The position numbers and the translations under genes are program-made. This document shows, in pieces, positions 13,501 through 26,070 of a DNA stretch of 64,000 nt (its first letter is position 1; every line of letters starts with the position of its first letter). Below the pieces are notes generated by a model, which was not told where the DNA came from, searched no databases, and saw nothing but the letters and a program-made list of their open reading frames with translations. The stretch is from Vicugna vicugna (lineage: Eukaryota), in NCBI GenBank assembly GCA_013265495.1, contig MU057880.1, forward strand, positions 248,001 through 312,000, written 5' to 3'.

Positions 13501-15018
13501 CTTCATCTTTCCTCCTCTGTCTCTGTTTTTGTCAAGGACAGTCACACACAGACGCAGCCACAGGTTTCCACGCGTGGTCCATTTTACCCCTATGGAAACA
13601 TGAGAATCCATTTCAGCATTTCAAATGAAAAAACACTGGATATGAAAATATTTGGAGCTAGAAGAGTGTGCTTTTTGGAACTTTGGGTTCAAATGATGAC
13701 AAGGACGGAAAACGTATGCAAGTTTTTTTTTTAAATATACTCCTGTACGTGTGTTTTCTTATTTTTCAATTTGGCATTGTCTTCAGCTCTTTGGAGTGGA
13801 AGAGAATTACCTGGACTTAAATTTGAGAGAAAGAGAGAGGATTTTGGTTGCCAGGGGAGGATGTGGTTAAATTTTAGTAATATTTCATTATTTGTTGATT
13901 TGATTTTTGATTCTACTTGTTGCTGGGATTCCAAAAGTAACTCAGAATCCTTGGGTGCTGCTAAGAAAAGAGGATATCTTTATCACAACCCGTGTAACCA
14001 GAGCAATGGGAATCTGAGAAAACGGAGGAAGGAGAAGGCCTTGGAAATTCAAACTTTTTTTCACATGTTGGGGAGACATGGTTCTCTGAAAGCCACAGTT
14101 TCAGAGAAGAGAACACAGGACCAAAAGAAGCACACGGAGAAAGCCAAGTGTCCAAGACTAAGACAGCAGGCAGTCCACCCCTGGAGTCCTGGCCAGCGCC
14201 CCTGGGGTAGCTCATGGCAGGTGACAGTCAGAGGCGTTGTGCCAAAGTCCCCAAACAATGTTTTACTGGTGTTTGTATCATTGAAAATGCACAGCCTTCA
14301 ACAATCAGAACTCAAGTATCTCTTTAGTTCCATCTGCTAGTTTTTACCAAACCCTCAATTCTAGCCATTTCTCTGCTAACCCCTAACCCTGTTCAGTTCT
14401 GTCTCCATCTCTTGTTCAGGACTTACTGGCCTGAAATACCTGCCATTTTTTCATCTAAATCCCACCCATCTTCAAGGCTCCAGGGAAAGCCCTCTTCTAC
14501 CACAGAGCCTGAAAAGTTTCCTTCCTTCCCAAAATTCCTGGAAAATTTTGTTAGTGATCTTACAAAAATGCCTTTCTTATTGTCTTGCATTGTTAGTGTA
14601 ATAGTCATAGCTAACCCTTTAGAGTTTCTTAATGTGTCTTGTCACAAAATATAATCTCCCCCTGTAAAGAGTTGATCATAAGCAAGCTCCCGGGGGTCAG
14701 AAGCCCTGTTTTACCCTTCACGCCTACCGTTCGTGTTTAGTCTTTTGATACATTGAGACTACATCCAATGATCTGTCACCTTCTTGGAGTGGCGAGTGTT
14801 AATAAGAAACCCTGGGAATCCATTCCTGCCTCAAACTCGACACCTGCTTCATTTAGGCAGATAAAGATCAATCCGATTTTTAAGGATTTCTCAAAACTGA
14901 ATTTCCAAAGCCTCTTCTGATCTTTGCCATTCTTTTGGAAATTACCTCCACTGTTGGTCTGACTTCACACCTCAGTTCCCAGCATATCCAGACAAAGTTT
15001 TCCCAAATTCCCCCAGCT

Positions 15019-15237
15019 CAGTGGTTCTCAAATGGGAGCAAGGGAGCAATTTTGCACCTCCAGGAGTCATTTGGCAATGTCTGGGAACATTTTTGGTTTT
15101 CACAACTCGGGATGAGCTGTATACATCCAGTAGGTAAAGAACAGAAGAGCTGCTGAAAGTCCTACAATGACAAGTCCCCCTACAGCCAAGAGGGACCCAT
15201 CTGGAGAGGTCAGCAGTGCCAAGGGCAAAAACCTCTG
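15019..15237 (+). mobile_element. MER20 (hAT-Charlie) DNA transposon
   Basis: cagtggttctcaa...catttggcaatgtctgggaacatttttggttttcacaact...tcctacaatgaca...gtcagcagtgccaagggcaaaaacctctg. Confidence 0.85.
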
Positions 15238-15629
15238 CTCTCACTGAAGATTTCTCCTCCTCTTATTTTAATATTAATATTATTATTTATTAATAATAAA
15301 ATAAATACTATTTTAAAATATACAATGCTCTACCCTGTTCATACTAGAAGCCTTTTTAGTATGATAAAGTTACTTTAATGGAACTATTTCTCCCAGCAAA
15401 CCAGATGCTTATAGGCAAGCATTGCTTTGATGCTTAAGGTATTTTGTCTCTCCCTTCCTTATGGGAACTACTAATCTTTACTTTGCAATTTGAAGAACTT
15501 GACGAGAAGGACTCACGCATTTGTCGTCTTTCGATGCTCTTGCTCTTGGTACTTAGCACCAGCCTCATGCTTCCCTCTAGTACCAGAGACTGCCAGCAGA
15601 CCCCAGGACAAGAAAGGCAGATCCTCAGA

Positions 15630-15860
15630 ATAGTAATGCCTAACCTTTGTTAAATGCTTGCTCTCCTCCAGATACCCTTCGTGTTTAACAAGGATTATGC
15701 CAGTTGATCTTCCAACAACCCTGTGTGACAGGCACTCTTATTTCACAGACGGGAAAACCGAGATGTAAGATACGTTTTTTTATTCGAAGTCACACAGTTA
15801 ACAAATTCAATATTCAAGATTCAAAAACAAGCGTTCTGCTTCCAATGACCATCTTCTCAA
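15630..15860 (-). mobile_element. MIR SINE
   Basis: caacaaccctgtgtgacaggcactcttatttcacagacgggaaaaccgag...gaagtcacacagtta. Confidence 0.65.
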
Positions 15861-16099
15861 CCAGTGAACTGTACCATTTGCACTCTGCTGTGTTTGACTG
15901 TATTCCTCAAGTATGGACCTCAGAACTTTTCATAACAAGGTTAGGAAAAGTATACTTTCAAACAGAAGCAAACAAATGCAAGAAAGCAAGTTATTTTCCC
16001 AATGCATTAACCAGATGAACAGTGTCAAAAATAAAACTTGTTTCTAATAAGCTGCATTTGCCTTCCATTTTCCAGAAATCATGCAAATCTCTTCTTCTA

Positions 16100-16670
16100 T
16101 AAAGATGAATAAGACACAGTCCCCGACCTCAAAGAATTTGTGGTGTATTAGGAGAGAACCCACCCTTTGAGGCTAGCATCCCACAAGACCTGTGAACAAA
16201 GAGTTGTGAAGAATAGAACAGAAACAGAGAAAGTCTCAGCCTGGAAGGTAACACTGCAAGCAGCTGTTGATGGAGAAGTAGACAACATGGAGGTGTTGTC
16301 AGCCAAGTGGAAAAACAGAAGGACAGACCTACGGATGCTTCTATTCTCCATGGAACTACAAGTATGTAACTCACCTGGCTAAGTAAAAAGTTCAATGTAA
16401 ATCAACAGTGAAATAAAAAATTTGAAAAGAAAGAAGAGTCAAAGGATAATGCACTGTGTGAAGCTGACTGTGATCCTCAGGGCAATGGATTGGGGATTCT
16501 TGAGCAGGAGAGTGTCCTGGTCTGATCCGCCCTTGTGAAAGGTCCGCTGGGCTCCAGAGTGGAATACATATTCAAGAAGGACAAGCTCAAAGGAAGGCAA
16601 ACCAGATAGGCATTTACTGCAGCAATCCCCGTGAGAAAAAGTGCCTGAACAAAAACTGTGGCCGTGGAGG
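16100..16670 (-). mobile_element. L2 fragments
   Basis: gatgaataagacacagtccccgacctcaaag and gagcaggagagtgtcctggtctgatccg resemble antisense L2 3' sequence. Confidence 0.5.
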
Positions 16671-17487
16671 TAACAGGAAGTTCTCTGCCAATAAACAGAT
16701 GTTCCTTACCTGAGTTATTTCCTAAAATTTACAACCCACTACACATCACCATCAGAACAAAGTCCTTAAGCACCATCGTAAATAGATTGCTCTTCAACCA
16801 AACATCCAGCACTTCTGTGATTGCTCTTGAATTTCATGACAAAAGCATCTAGACCTTGCTCTCTAACAGTCCGAGTCAAACCAGCATTTCATGACAACGG
16901 ATAAGATTCTCATCCGTCAAAGAATAATGAGAGATGGACAACAACTCCTAAATTCCCCACATACGGTAGGCTTTCGATAACATTAAACCGATAATTTAAG
17001 AACTTCTTCCCGGAAGTTCTCAATAATGTGCAATCAAAACCCTTCATAGTATAGTTAGAGTTCATTTGGCCTCGTTTTGCATTATTTCCTCATATTTTAG
17101 AAGTCACGCATGTATTTATCTACCTGGATTTTAGCTTTGGGGAACAATTTATTTTTAACCCCAAATTAAGAATTTTCACTTCTGAAAGAGTAAGCCTTAA
17201 AAAAGAAACTGTTTTCTTTCAGAGCCTAATAATGCTAAATGTGCTCAGATATAGCTGACAGAAGTAAGTGTGAAAAGGCAGGAACTACTTAAACTGGATA
17301 CGAAAACAGAGCGTTCTTTCTGCCTCCAATAGCCTAAAATAGCTGAAAGAATCTGGTAAAGCAATTACCTCCCTTCCCCAGGTCTTAGTTGTACGTATAA
17401 TTTTCCTGGAAGGGCCCTGTACAGCCCTCTGGGTGAACTTGGGAACCTCTGCTGATGTTCATCGGCACCCTGTCCTTCTTCTAGCTT

Positions 17488-18099
17488 TGTTACAAAACCC
17501 AGGTTCACCTACCCAATGCTTGAAAGCCAATGCTCAAGAAGCAAGTGTTGCTTGGAAAGGAAAGATTGCTTTATTCAGGAAGCCAACAACCTGGGGAGAA
17601 GGTGGACCTGTGTCCAAGAGCCAGCTCTGAAGATTCTTCTCAACCATGAAAGTTTTTAAAGGAAGAAAGGGACTCGTTGCAGTTAGTCATTTGGGGAGGG
17701 GTCAGAGTCTGGTATCGTCCACTGTGTTCAGAGTTTTTTTCTGATTGGAGGTGGTGAGGTCACAGGGTCATGCTCCAAGAAACTTGTGCTCAGCCTGAAG
17801 TCACCATCCTCTACCTTGGTGGGAGCCTTAGTTCCTGCAGAACATGCACAGGTATTGTCCTGTGTATTTCTTGAGGAGGAACCAGGACTCTGCTTTATCA
17901 CTGAACTACTGTTTCTTGACTGCTCCTCTCTTGTTTCTGCCTTCCCTCCCTTCCCTGATTGGCAGCTGTTTGATTCTGCCCTTGGAACTCAGGGAAGGTC
18001 AAGGAGGCTGCATGAAGCCTATTTCCTACAAACAAGAAATGGGGGACATGGAAAGGACTCGTACCCGGGAAGGCCCCCCCAGGGTCCTGCTTGGTTTTA
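17488..18099 (-). mobile_element. ERV1-class solo LTR, local family A
   Basis: Homologous to 40085-41801 (aaaccaagcaggaccctg...ggttcctcctcaag...ccaatcagaaaaaa); AATAAA on the minus strand; 4-bp flanks gctt/cctt. Confidence 0.88.
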
Positions 18100-19280
18100 C
18101 CTTAATGCTTCTCACCTTTAGGAAAATGCTTGTTTCATCGCTGTCCCTCTTTCCCTACTTGCCCTCATTGAGGGAAGATTCTTTAGTGGCCTTTTTCATA
18201 ACTGCATTCCCAGTGCAGCCAAGCATAGTGCTTGACACATAGGAAGTACTCAATAAATATTCAATGTACATTCAATACGTGGCATAATCTGCTCATTCAT
18301 CCATCCAAGCTATTCAAAAGAGACTTGAGGTGGAAAAATAAATATGAATCATGGTCAATGGGGAATGAGGCTGTGTTCTAAGTTGGGAGAAAGACTTTTT
18401 CTGTATATGGTTTTACCATTGTTTGGATTTTTATGTCATGTGCAGGTGTTTTTTTTCATAATGTAAAGCCTTTTTTAATTAAAAATTCTAACAGTTTTTC
18501 AACTCAATAATACATAGATTTCTTCCTTCTGTTTAGCGGAGCTCTGAGACAGAAAACGTAGCTGGAAAACAGAAAGAACATTTATTGACTCATAAATACT
18601 AAGAACCTCTTTATTCCCTAAGTATAACTAGACATAATTGTTAAGGGAAAAAAAAAGTTCTTCCTTGAAGATATTTGGGTTTGAGAACTATTACAGCAGT
18701 CATTTCAATTCTCCAGTGTTCCTGAAGTAGGCACTCATTTTGCATTAGGAAAAAGAATAGGTGGGGAAAAGCATTAACTTAAATTGCACTACCTCATTGA
18801 AAATCCCTTTTAATGTATATTGCCCATAATAGTGATCAGAACTTCTCCACACACCATTAGCATCTGAGGACACTTTTTTCAATCCAGTCAAAAGTAACTA
18901 AATATCTCATCAGTATCTGATGATTGATTAAGGCTTTATTTGCTACTCTTTTTGTAACAAGATATAAATTTATAATTCTATCACTATAAATGTATCACTT
19001 CCCAGTTATGTCCCTCATTAAGAAACCATTTTATAAGAGTAGCAGTTTGGACCTGAAGTAACAGAAGAGCTTTTAAAATTCCTTTTTAAATTAAATACAT
19101 TGTATTATTTTGCCCAACAAGAAATTGGAGGCAGTGTGTTTTTGAGGGCGGATGGTTCTGTTATTTTTTTTCACATTTTCCCTCTTTTCATGTCAAAGCC
19201 CCAAAATGACTTCAGACGGTCTAGACATCATATCTCCAGTCAATAACTTTGAAATCCAGAAAAGAGTAGTGCCTTTCCTT

Positions 19281-19675
19281 TGCTGAAATAACTTTCTAGG
19301 GTCAAGATGCAGCCACTCCCACCCAAGGTGCCACATCAGCAAAATGAAGCTTAAATAATTTTTATGTCCCTGTAAGTGCTCCACTTGATGAGAAGGGCAG
19401 CACATCCCATCAGCCAATGCGCAAACACTGACCCCACTCTGGGCTGCATACTTACTTCCTCTTCTTTCTCACCCCAAACAAGGTCGACTGTGTGGCCCCA
19501 GCCAATCAGATACTTTCTATTTTTCTCTTCCTTGCTCTTTATCCTTCATTCTATAAAAGCTTTCTGCCTTCCACCCCATGTTGCAGTCCTCTGAATGGAG
19601 ACTGCTCACTTCGTGAAGTGTTGAGCAAAAGTTGTTTGTAGCCCCTAAAATATCTTCTTTAACCATTTTCTAACA
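19281..19675 (+). mobile_element. ERV1-class solo LTR
   Basis: TG...CA ends with perfect 4-bp TSD cctt/cctt; CCAAT boxes and TATAAAA at ~19553. Confidence 0.75.
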
Positions 19676-20476
19676 CCTTGGACCTCCTTTCTTAACAGAG
19701 AGGGAAACTTCCACAGAGTTGGCCAGCAGCCCTCCCTAGCCATGCTCATTTTTGAGTCGTTGGCAAGGGGACTAGAACTACCAGGGTTGTTTTCTGCTAA
19801 TCAGAAAGACACGTGGTGCTGAAGAGCGACCACTCTCCTTCCCCAAGCAAATGGATGCCTGGCACCTGGAAAATTTCCAAGTTCTGTTTGCCAGGATGGG
19901 AGACAAGGGCAACTTGACAGTCACCCAAGTGAAGTCAGTCCCATGAGTACTTTTCCTCTGATTTGCCCATTTTAAGAATAGAATCATGATTATAATTGTT
20001 GGTAGAGGCTCACTCTGATTAGGTAATTATTTTTAGTAAGAGCAAAAAGGAATTTTTTGTTCACTAATGTATTCTATGAATTTCAAAATGAGCTAGTTGC
20101 TAGAATAACATGAATCATGGTCCTTGCCCTCATGGGGTTTCCACTGCTGTAAGCAAGATGTTAGCTCCAAAGTGAAAACATAATCACAAATGGGATGAGC
20201 ATGATGATGAGGATGGAGCTGTAAGTAGTAAGAAAATATGGGGAGGATGCTCTTCAGTTCAGAGATTCAGACTCCTCTGGGGAGCCGGAGATGAAAGGAA
20301 GTGGGTAGAGGACAGCATCCTGAGCAGAAGAAAAAGCATGTGAAGGTTTTGACACAGGACCTAGGCCGTCATGTGTGAGAAGGGACCCTTTCCTCTGATT
20401 CAAGAAGGCAGAAAGCAAGGATGGCTCCAGGTGCAGATAAGGTGCAACAGGTTGAGAGATCCCCCTTGAACAGGCT

Positions 20477-20956
20477 TGGAGAGAAAAACTTTTCCCTTCT
20501 TCCCATCTAGGTCCTCTGGCTGGTCTAATAATTAAACTGACATAAGACATATTAACAGGAGAAAAACAAATTTAATAATGTACATAGGGGACTCCCATAG
20601 AGACCTGAGACTCAGTGGTAGTCAGCAACTGCAGCTTATCTACCATCCTGAGCTGAGGCAAGAAAAGGCAGGGGTCTGGGGCTTCAAAATGGAAGAGCAG
20701 AATTCACAGGAAGATGAGAAGGGCAAATATTTGGTAAACATGCTTGTCCTGCCACACAGGTGAGTCTCTCTGATGTAAGAAGCTAACTCTGGTAATGGTT
20801 CTTTTCCTGGTACTGGATTTCTGTCTAAATTGTTTTAGGCAGTTAAGGGGGAAGCAAAAACTCTTCCTGAGTCTGCGGGGCTTAATTGCCTTCAGCTCAC
20901 AATAATCCACATGCCAATGTGGCATATTTCAGGGTGGCATATTCTGCTCCCCTTCA
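20477..20956 (-). mobile_element. ERV1-class solo LTR, MER34/MER39 group
   Basis: Reverse complement begins tgaaggggagcagaatatgccaccctgaaatatgccacattggcatgtggattattgtgagctgaaggcaatt. Confidence 0.75.
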
Positions 20957-21051
20957 ATAGGGCTGATCTCTTTAGTGAAATAAGACATTGGGCAATCTGC
21001 CATAGAATACTGCCATTGACAGAAACCATGACAAATTCATTGTTTTAAGAG

Positions 21052-21202
21052 TTTTTATTTATTTTTTTTTTTGGCAGCGGAGGTAATTAGATCTATTTTT
21101 TTATTTTTATTTAATTTTTTTTAATGGAGATGCTGAGGATTGAACCCAGGACCTCATGCATGCTAAGCACACACTCTACCACTGAGCTACACCCTTCCCC
21201 CT
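21052..21202 (-). mobile_element. Camelid SINE (vic-1-like) with ctaattacctcc tail module
   Basis: ggattgaacccaggacctcatgcatgctaagcacacactctaccactgagctacacccttcccc, preceded by ggaggtaattag and T-runs. Confidence 0.9.
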
Positions 21203-21254
21203 TGACCAACTCATTTTTAAAATGGAGGGAGGGGAAGATTTAAAATCTCCTTTA

Positions 21255-21770
21255 TGGGAGGAAAAATATCCTTTCCTTAGTCTTTTTTAGTCCTCCACTG
21301 GGAATCCTGTAACCAAAGACAGATGAACAGCATCCAAATTTATTCCATATATGAGAAAATAATACGAATTTCTTTAATGTAAGTTTTGCATGACATGAGA
21401 GTCCTCATAAGGAAATGAAGACCTGAAGAAATGGTTAAACCTGAGTGATTTTATGCCAGGCTTGATAAAGAGTGGAGAGTCATGGAAAGACATGATAGGA
21501 CAAAGGGGAGCTGAGTTAGTACCAACAGGCACAAGGTCTGCTGCTTCAGATCTGTCTCTGAGTTCCTTCTCTTTGTCAGAGATAAGGATACTTCTCTCCT
21601 CCAGGCATAGGAAGGGCACCTCTCACAGGAGTGTTTTATGACCTGCTTCAGAGAAAGGTCAGAAAGTCCTTCCTCCACCTGTCATTTCTCAAGTTCTTTC
21701 AGCTTGAAATATTCAATATGCCAAGTATGTATGTATCATACTTCGGGGCAATGTGCCCTGAACCCCGCCA
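21255..21770 (-). mobile_element. ERV1-class solo LTR, MER39/MER34 group
   Basis: Ends ttcagcttgaaatattcaatatgccaag...catacttcggggcaatgtgccctgaaccccgcca, the same terminal architecture as the 20477-20956 element. Confidence 0.7.
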
Positions 21771-22112
21771 CTCCTGTGGTAGCCACAGAATGAGAAGTGA
21801 CATAGGAAAGCAGGGAGCCCTGAGGTCCTCCAGGATTAGAGCTGGAAACTTAAAAAGTGTCAAGGCTGTCTTGTGCTCGCCCACCCCTGGGCATCAGATT
21901 CATCATCTCAGGCTCTTCCCTTGTGAAAGGTGATATTGCTGGAGGCACCTCTTAGGGAAAAGCTTACAGCCTATAAAAGAGATGAAATGCATAATTCTCT
22001 ATTGTTTGCATCCAAAACACAACCCAGCTTGACACACCCCTGAATCAAGCTCTGTGCCCAGGAGAACAAAGCACTGTTATTGACCCCCTGTGTCTTGCAG
22101 GTGGGGTCCCTC

Positions 22113-22763
22113 TGAGACAGGAAGGGGGCAGGGCACAGCCATTCAAGGAACAACACAACAGTTAACATCAGGATGGCTGAGAATTCAACCCCCAATAGGC
22201 CTTGAGGCTCAAAATGGTAGAAGATTTGACTTCCTTGAGCTTCATTTTCCGCTAACTGTAACATATCAGCCAAGGTGAATAACATGCCCACAGGCGCCAT
22301 GGCAGTTTCAAGGCTGCCCGCAAAAGGTCAGAGAGTGGGAAATGGCCAGCTTCCTGGAATCCCAGCCCCTTTCCCAGGGTAGTTAGACTGGTCCTCCTAC
22401 TTATTAGTATATGAAGATACGAAGCCCTTAAAAACTGGCAACACTGCCCTGCACAGCCTCTCTCTCTCCCTCCTCTTCGGAGACAGCCCGCACTCTGTCT
22501 CTGGAGTGTGTACCTACATTTGCTCTCATCTGAGCACCCAGTCCCCACACCTCGTGGCCTTTCCTCTTATCTTTTGAAACAGCCTACAGTCTATGCAGTA
22601 TGTATCTCTCTAAATAAATCTGCCTTTACTCAACTGTGACTCGCTCTTGAATCCTTTCCTGCGTGAAGCCAAGGACCCACCCTTGGCGGGGCACATCCCA
22701 CGGACTCAGCCCAGGCCTGGGACGCGGCCTTCCTCATGCCCCACATCCATTTTTCCCGCATCA
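22113..22763 (+). mobile_element. ERV1-class solo LTR, local family B
   Basis: TG...CA ends with perfect TSD cctc/cctc; AATAAA at ~22613; homologous to 39190-39814 and 40548-41192. Confidence 0.93.
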
Positions 22764-24627
22764 CCTCATCCAAAAGAAGAGAAAGTGGTTGGGTACAGGA
22801 GATAGTCATTACATGAAATCTCTTCCCCCAAAACAACCCAAATGTGGCTGATAACTAAATACACAGTATTTTTTAAAATCATCTACAATTAGTTTATGTA
22901 CATAAACAACACAAATCCCCTACGATTCCACTACCGAAGTTCTAAGCCACCTCACAAAGGAAGAATCGATAAAACCTTCAGCCAGTCTCAGCGTGAAGGA
23001 AAAGTTCCCATTCTTGTTTGGAAACTGTTCTTTCACTGGTTGGTTCTATGATGCTAACTTAATCTCATCCTGTGTTCCAGTTTATTCCATATCCCACGCC
23101 AGACCTTATGAGAATTTTCCCTCCATGTCTACCTGCCGATGCTCAGAATTTCACACTTGGTTCTCACTGTAGCTATCGCTGCTCTTAACTGGTTACTTCA
23201 CAAATTTCTGCAAAAATGGCACAGGACAAATTATACACACATTTATGGAAATGGTCAGCCATGGTCTTTATCAAATACAAATCATACAATCCATATTCAA
23301 TTTGCTTAGTTTCGAAAGTGCTAGTAGTTTTTTTTTTTTAAATGAACAAAAAGACCTTGTGACTAACTATAAAAATTCAATTTCAATTCAGATAGCACCA
23401 CCTGCAGAGTCATTATGAGATGATGCAATTCAAAAACCAAGCAAGCATAGCATTTACTTGGAAGAGTCAGAGACGGAACTAAGAGGTCAGATTCTGACTT
23501 GTTATGATTTTCTCCAGCCCTGCCTCTACCTAAGCACTGTATTTTTCTTTAAGCACATTTTCCAGAAAATTTCAATGTCTACAGCTTCAACATTTCAACC
23601 GTATTTACAAACCTTGAAACCTAAAAGCGTAGCTTAAAAATGTAAAGTAGAATCGAAAGACGTTCAAATACTTTACTTCTACTTATCCTCTTACGCTGCA
23701 TAACTTTCTTTTAAAAGGCAAACAAAAGTATTTGCACGCTTGGAGAAATGTCCAACAAATCTTAAGCAACATAGAAAATACGTAACTACATTCTAGAATT
23801 GAAAAAAATATTTTTTTTCTTTCTTCCTAATGATTGCAAATTCATGACAGAGCTCCATCCAGTCTCCAGGAATGGTTAAACCTTTGGGTTAAAGGAAATA
23901 TTTATTGGCTGTTCTCTACAGCACATTAAAAATAGTTCCCTATACCTTTAACTGTTAATTAGCTCGAGTGTTTGGTTCAGAAACCACAGCCCTGTTTCGT
24001 GTGACCTCACTGGTATGGCATCTGGGCAATTATCTTTGAGATAATGAGCCTTTTCATCCATAACAGAACAACAGGCTCTCACTTGGATTGCAAAAGATCA
24101 GAGCCAATCTGCTTCCCGGCAGGGTGCCTGCCATCCCCTTTGTATCATACCTTATTTCCAAACTAACCTTTCACATTCTGAATTAATTACAGTGTTTTCA
24201 GATCAAAAATTAATGAATTCACTTTAGCATCATTTAAGGGGATAATAGGCACAGAATATCATACAATGTTGTGGATCCTGATACCACAGTCTGAAAGGGA
24301 AGGTAAACTACATCGCTTATGGAATGTTCTGACATGTCCTGTAGCCACCCCAGATTCTAATTTTGGTTGCTTAAGAAAGTAAAAGAAGATGTAGGGATAG
24401 TGTGCTAAATACTTCGTTGGCATTTTGATGCAGTCTAATTCCGTTCAGAAATTAATCTGGAGGTTACCAAGCTTCCTATCAGCTTGTTCTAATAAGGTCC
24501 TTAACCTCTACCATCACCCACTCCTCTTTATTTACATCCCTGCCTTGTCGCCTCACCTATTCTTCAACACTAAACATGCCTTACCTTCTTAGGAAACACT
24601 AAATGAAGATGAGGGTCAGAGATTTGT

Positions 24628-25115
24628 TGTCGACTGAAATAAAATGCACAACCTAAAAGTTGAGAGTTATGTTTTATTTTGCAGGTATTTCTGAGGACTT
24701 AAGCCCGGGAGACAGCCTCTCAGATGACTCTGAGGGACTGCTCCAAAGTGGCAAGGTAGAAGCCAGGATTTATGAGTTTTGCCACAAAGGCCAGGTAGTT
24801 GGAACATCAAAAGATTATTGTTAAAGAAAACCAGATATCTCACGTTAAGGAGTTTAGTGCTTTTCTATGCATGGGAAGGTGCAAACGTCTGGGCTCATTG
24901 AAAGCATTCCTTTAATGTGCATCTGGCTGTCTAGGGCTAGAATCCTGTTCCTTCCCCCAGGGGACACAGCTGAGGGTGGCAGCAGAAGCCGGGCTGCCTG
25001 CTTGTCTGCACCCGAGTTCCCTCCACTCACTGTCAGGGGTGGCGGCAGCAGCTAATGACTTGATGCCCACAGCATCCTTTGTTTACTGATATGGCTGAAA
25101 TATTTTTCATTCACA
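24628..25115 (-). mobile_element. ERV1-class solo LTR, local family C
   Basis: Reverse complement is homologous end-to-end with 41309-41795 (tg.g..tgaaaaata...cataactctcaacttttagg.tg.gcatt...gaca). Confidence 0.88.
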
Positions 25116-25188
25116 GTTGAAACTTCTTTTCTTTAGGAGACTCTTTTCAGAAGAAAGTTTGAGATAGATAAATTCAATGTAGGGATGT

Positions 25189-25631
25189 AGGTAAAGAAAA
25201 ACTTATTTAGGTACTTATTAAAGACAGCAAGGAAAACTTTATTGCAGAGGGACCACTGCTATGGGAGAGCTGCAATAGGGACAGAGGTTGAGTTCCACTC
25301 TGAATAGAACTAGGACCAGGGAGGACTTACAGCCAAGAAGCAGGGTGGGGCCACTGGATGGAAAATTATTAAGAGGAAACCCCCAGACTAGAGGGATAGT
25401 TCCCAGACTGACTCAACATTCTTGCTGAGATCAGTGATGAAGCCTCCACAGTGAGGGGTGAGGAATTTGATCAGGTATGGAGAATGAGGAATTTTGGATA
25501 AACTGATTTAACAGGATTCTTGATGAAACTAAACCAAGCCATCCAAGGACAGAGCCCAAGTTGGTCGCCTAGTTAGATGAGAGCTCAGAGAACCCTGATT
25601 CATGTTTGGTCAAAGGAAAGAATCGTCCTCA
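25189..25631 (-). mobile_element. ERV1-class solo LTR, MER31-like
   Basis: Reverse complement starts tgaggacgattctttcctttgaccaaacatgaatcagggttctctgagctc; similar to 37614-38025. Confidence 0.7.
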
Positions 25632-25753
25632 ATATGAAAACTCCTTAACATAACCTTGAAATGCCAGAAAAATCAGTCCTCTGATCGTTTTATGCTTGAC
25701 TTGACTTACTCAGAAGGGAGGAATGCCAAGAAAAGGGCTGTCACCATTCCCTT

Positions 25754-26070
25754 TGTCTTAGTCAAGTTTCTTTTTATTGTAAGAAACAGAAATCCACTCA
25801 AATTAGCTCAGTCACAAAAGAAGACTTTTTATTAAGAGGACTTAGTGTAACCAAGCCTCATGATGAACTAGACCCAAGACCTGGAAAGGAGGCAGAAAGC
25901 GAAGCATCTCTCTCTCTCTTTCTCCATTTTGTTTTCTACAGACTGGTTTTTGTCTCTAAGAGCGAATCTGACTTGACCACTTTGGTTTCCTATGTCCTCC
26001 TATTCTGAGTTGCTTTTGCAAAGAACAGTAACCACCCGATATCAACATGATTGTTGTGGCCCATATCTGT
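25754..26070. mobile_element. Old MaLR (MLT1-type) LTR remnant
   Basis: tgtcttagtcaagtttctttttattgtaagaaacagaaatccactcaaattagc resembles an MLT1 terminus. Confidence 0.4.

Noticed and set aside
13771..14340. 189-aa ORF near the CpG island
   Set aside because: Starts at TTG, has no recognisable domain and has composition typical of a chance ORF.
14376..14390. Interstitial telomeric repeat (ctaacccctaaccct)
   Set aside because: Only about two imperfect units; expected by chance.
17844..18242. Paralogous small proteins (LRRNQDSAL here and in 40052-40321; LFLEWLC in 21971, 39103 and 41131)
   Set aside because: The shared peptides arise only because the ORFs overlap copies of the same LTR families.
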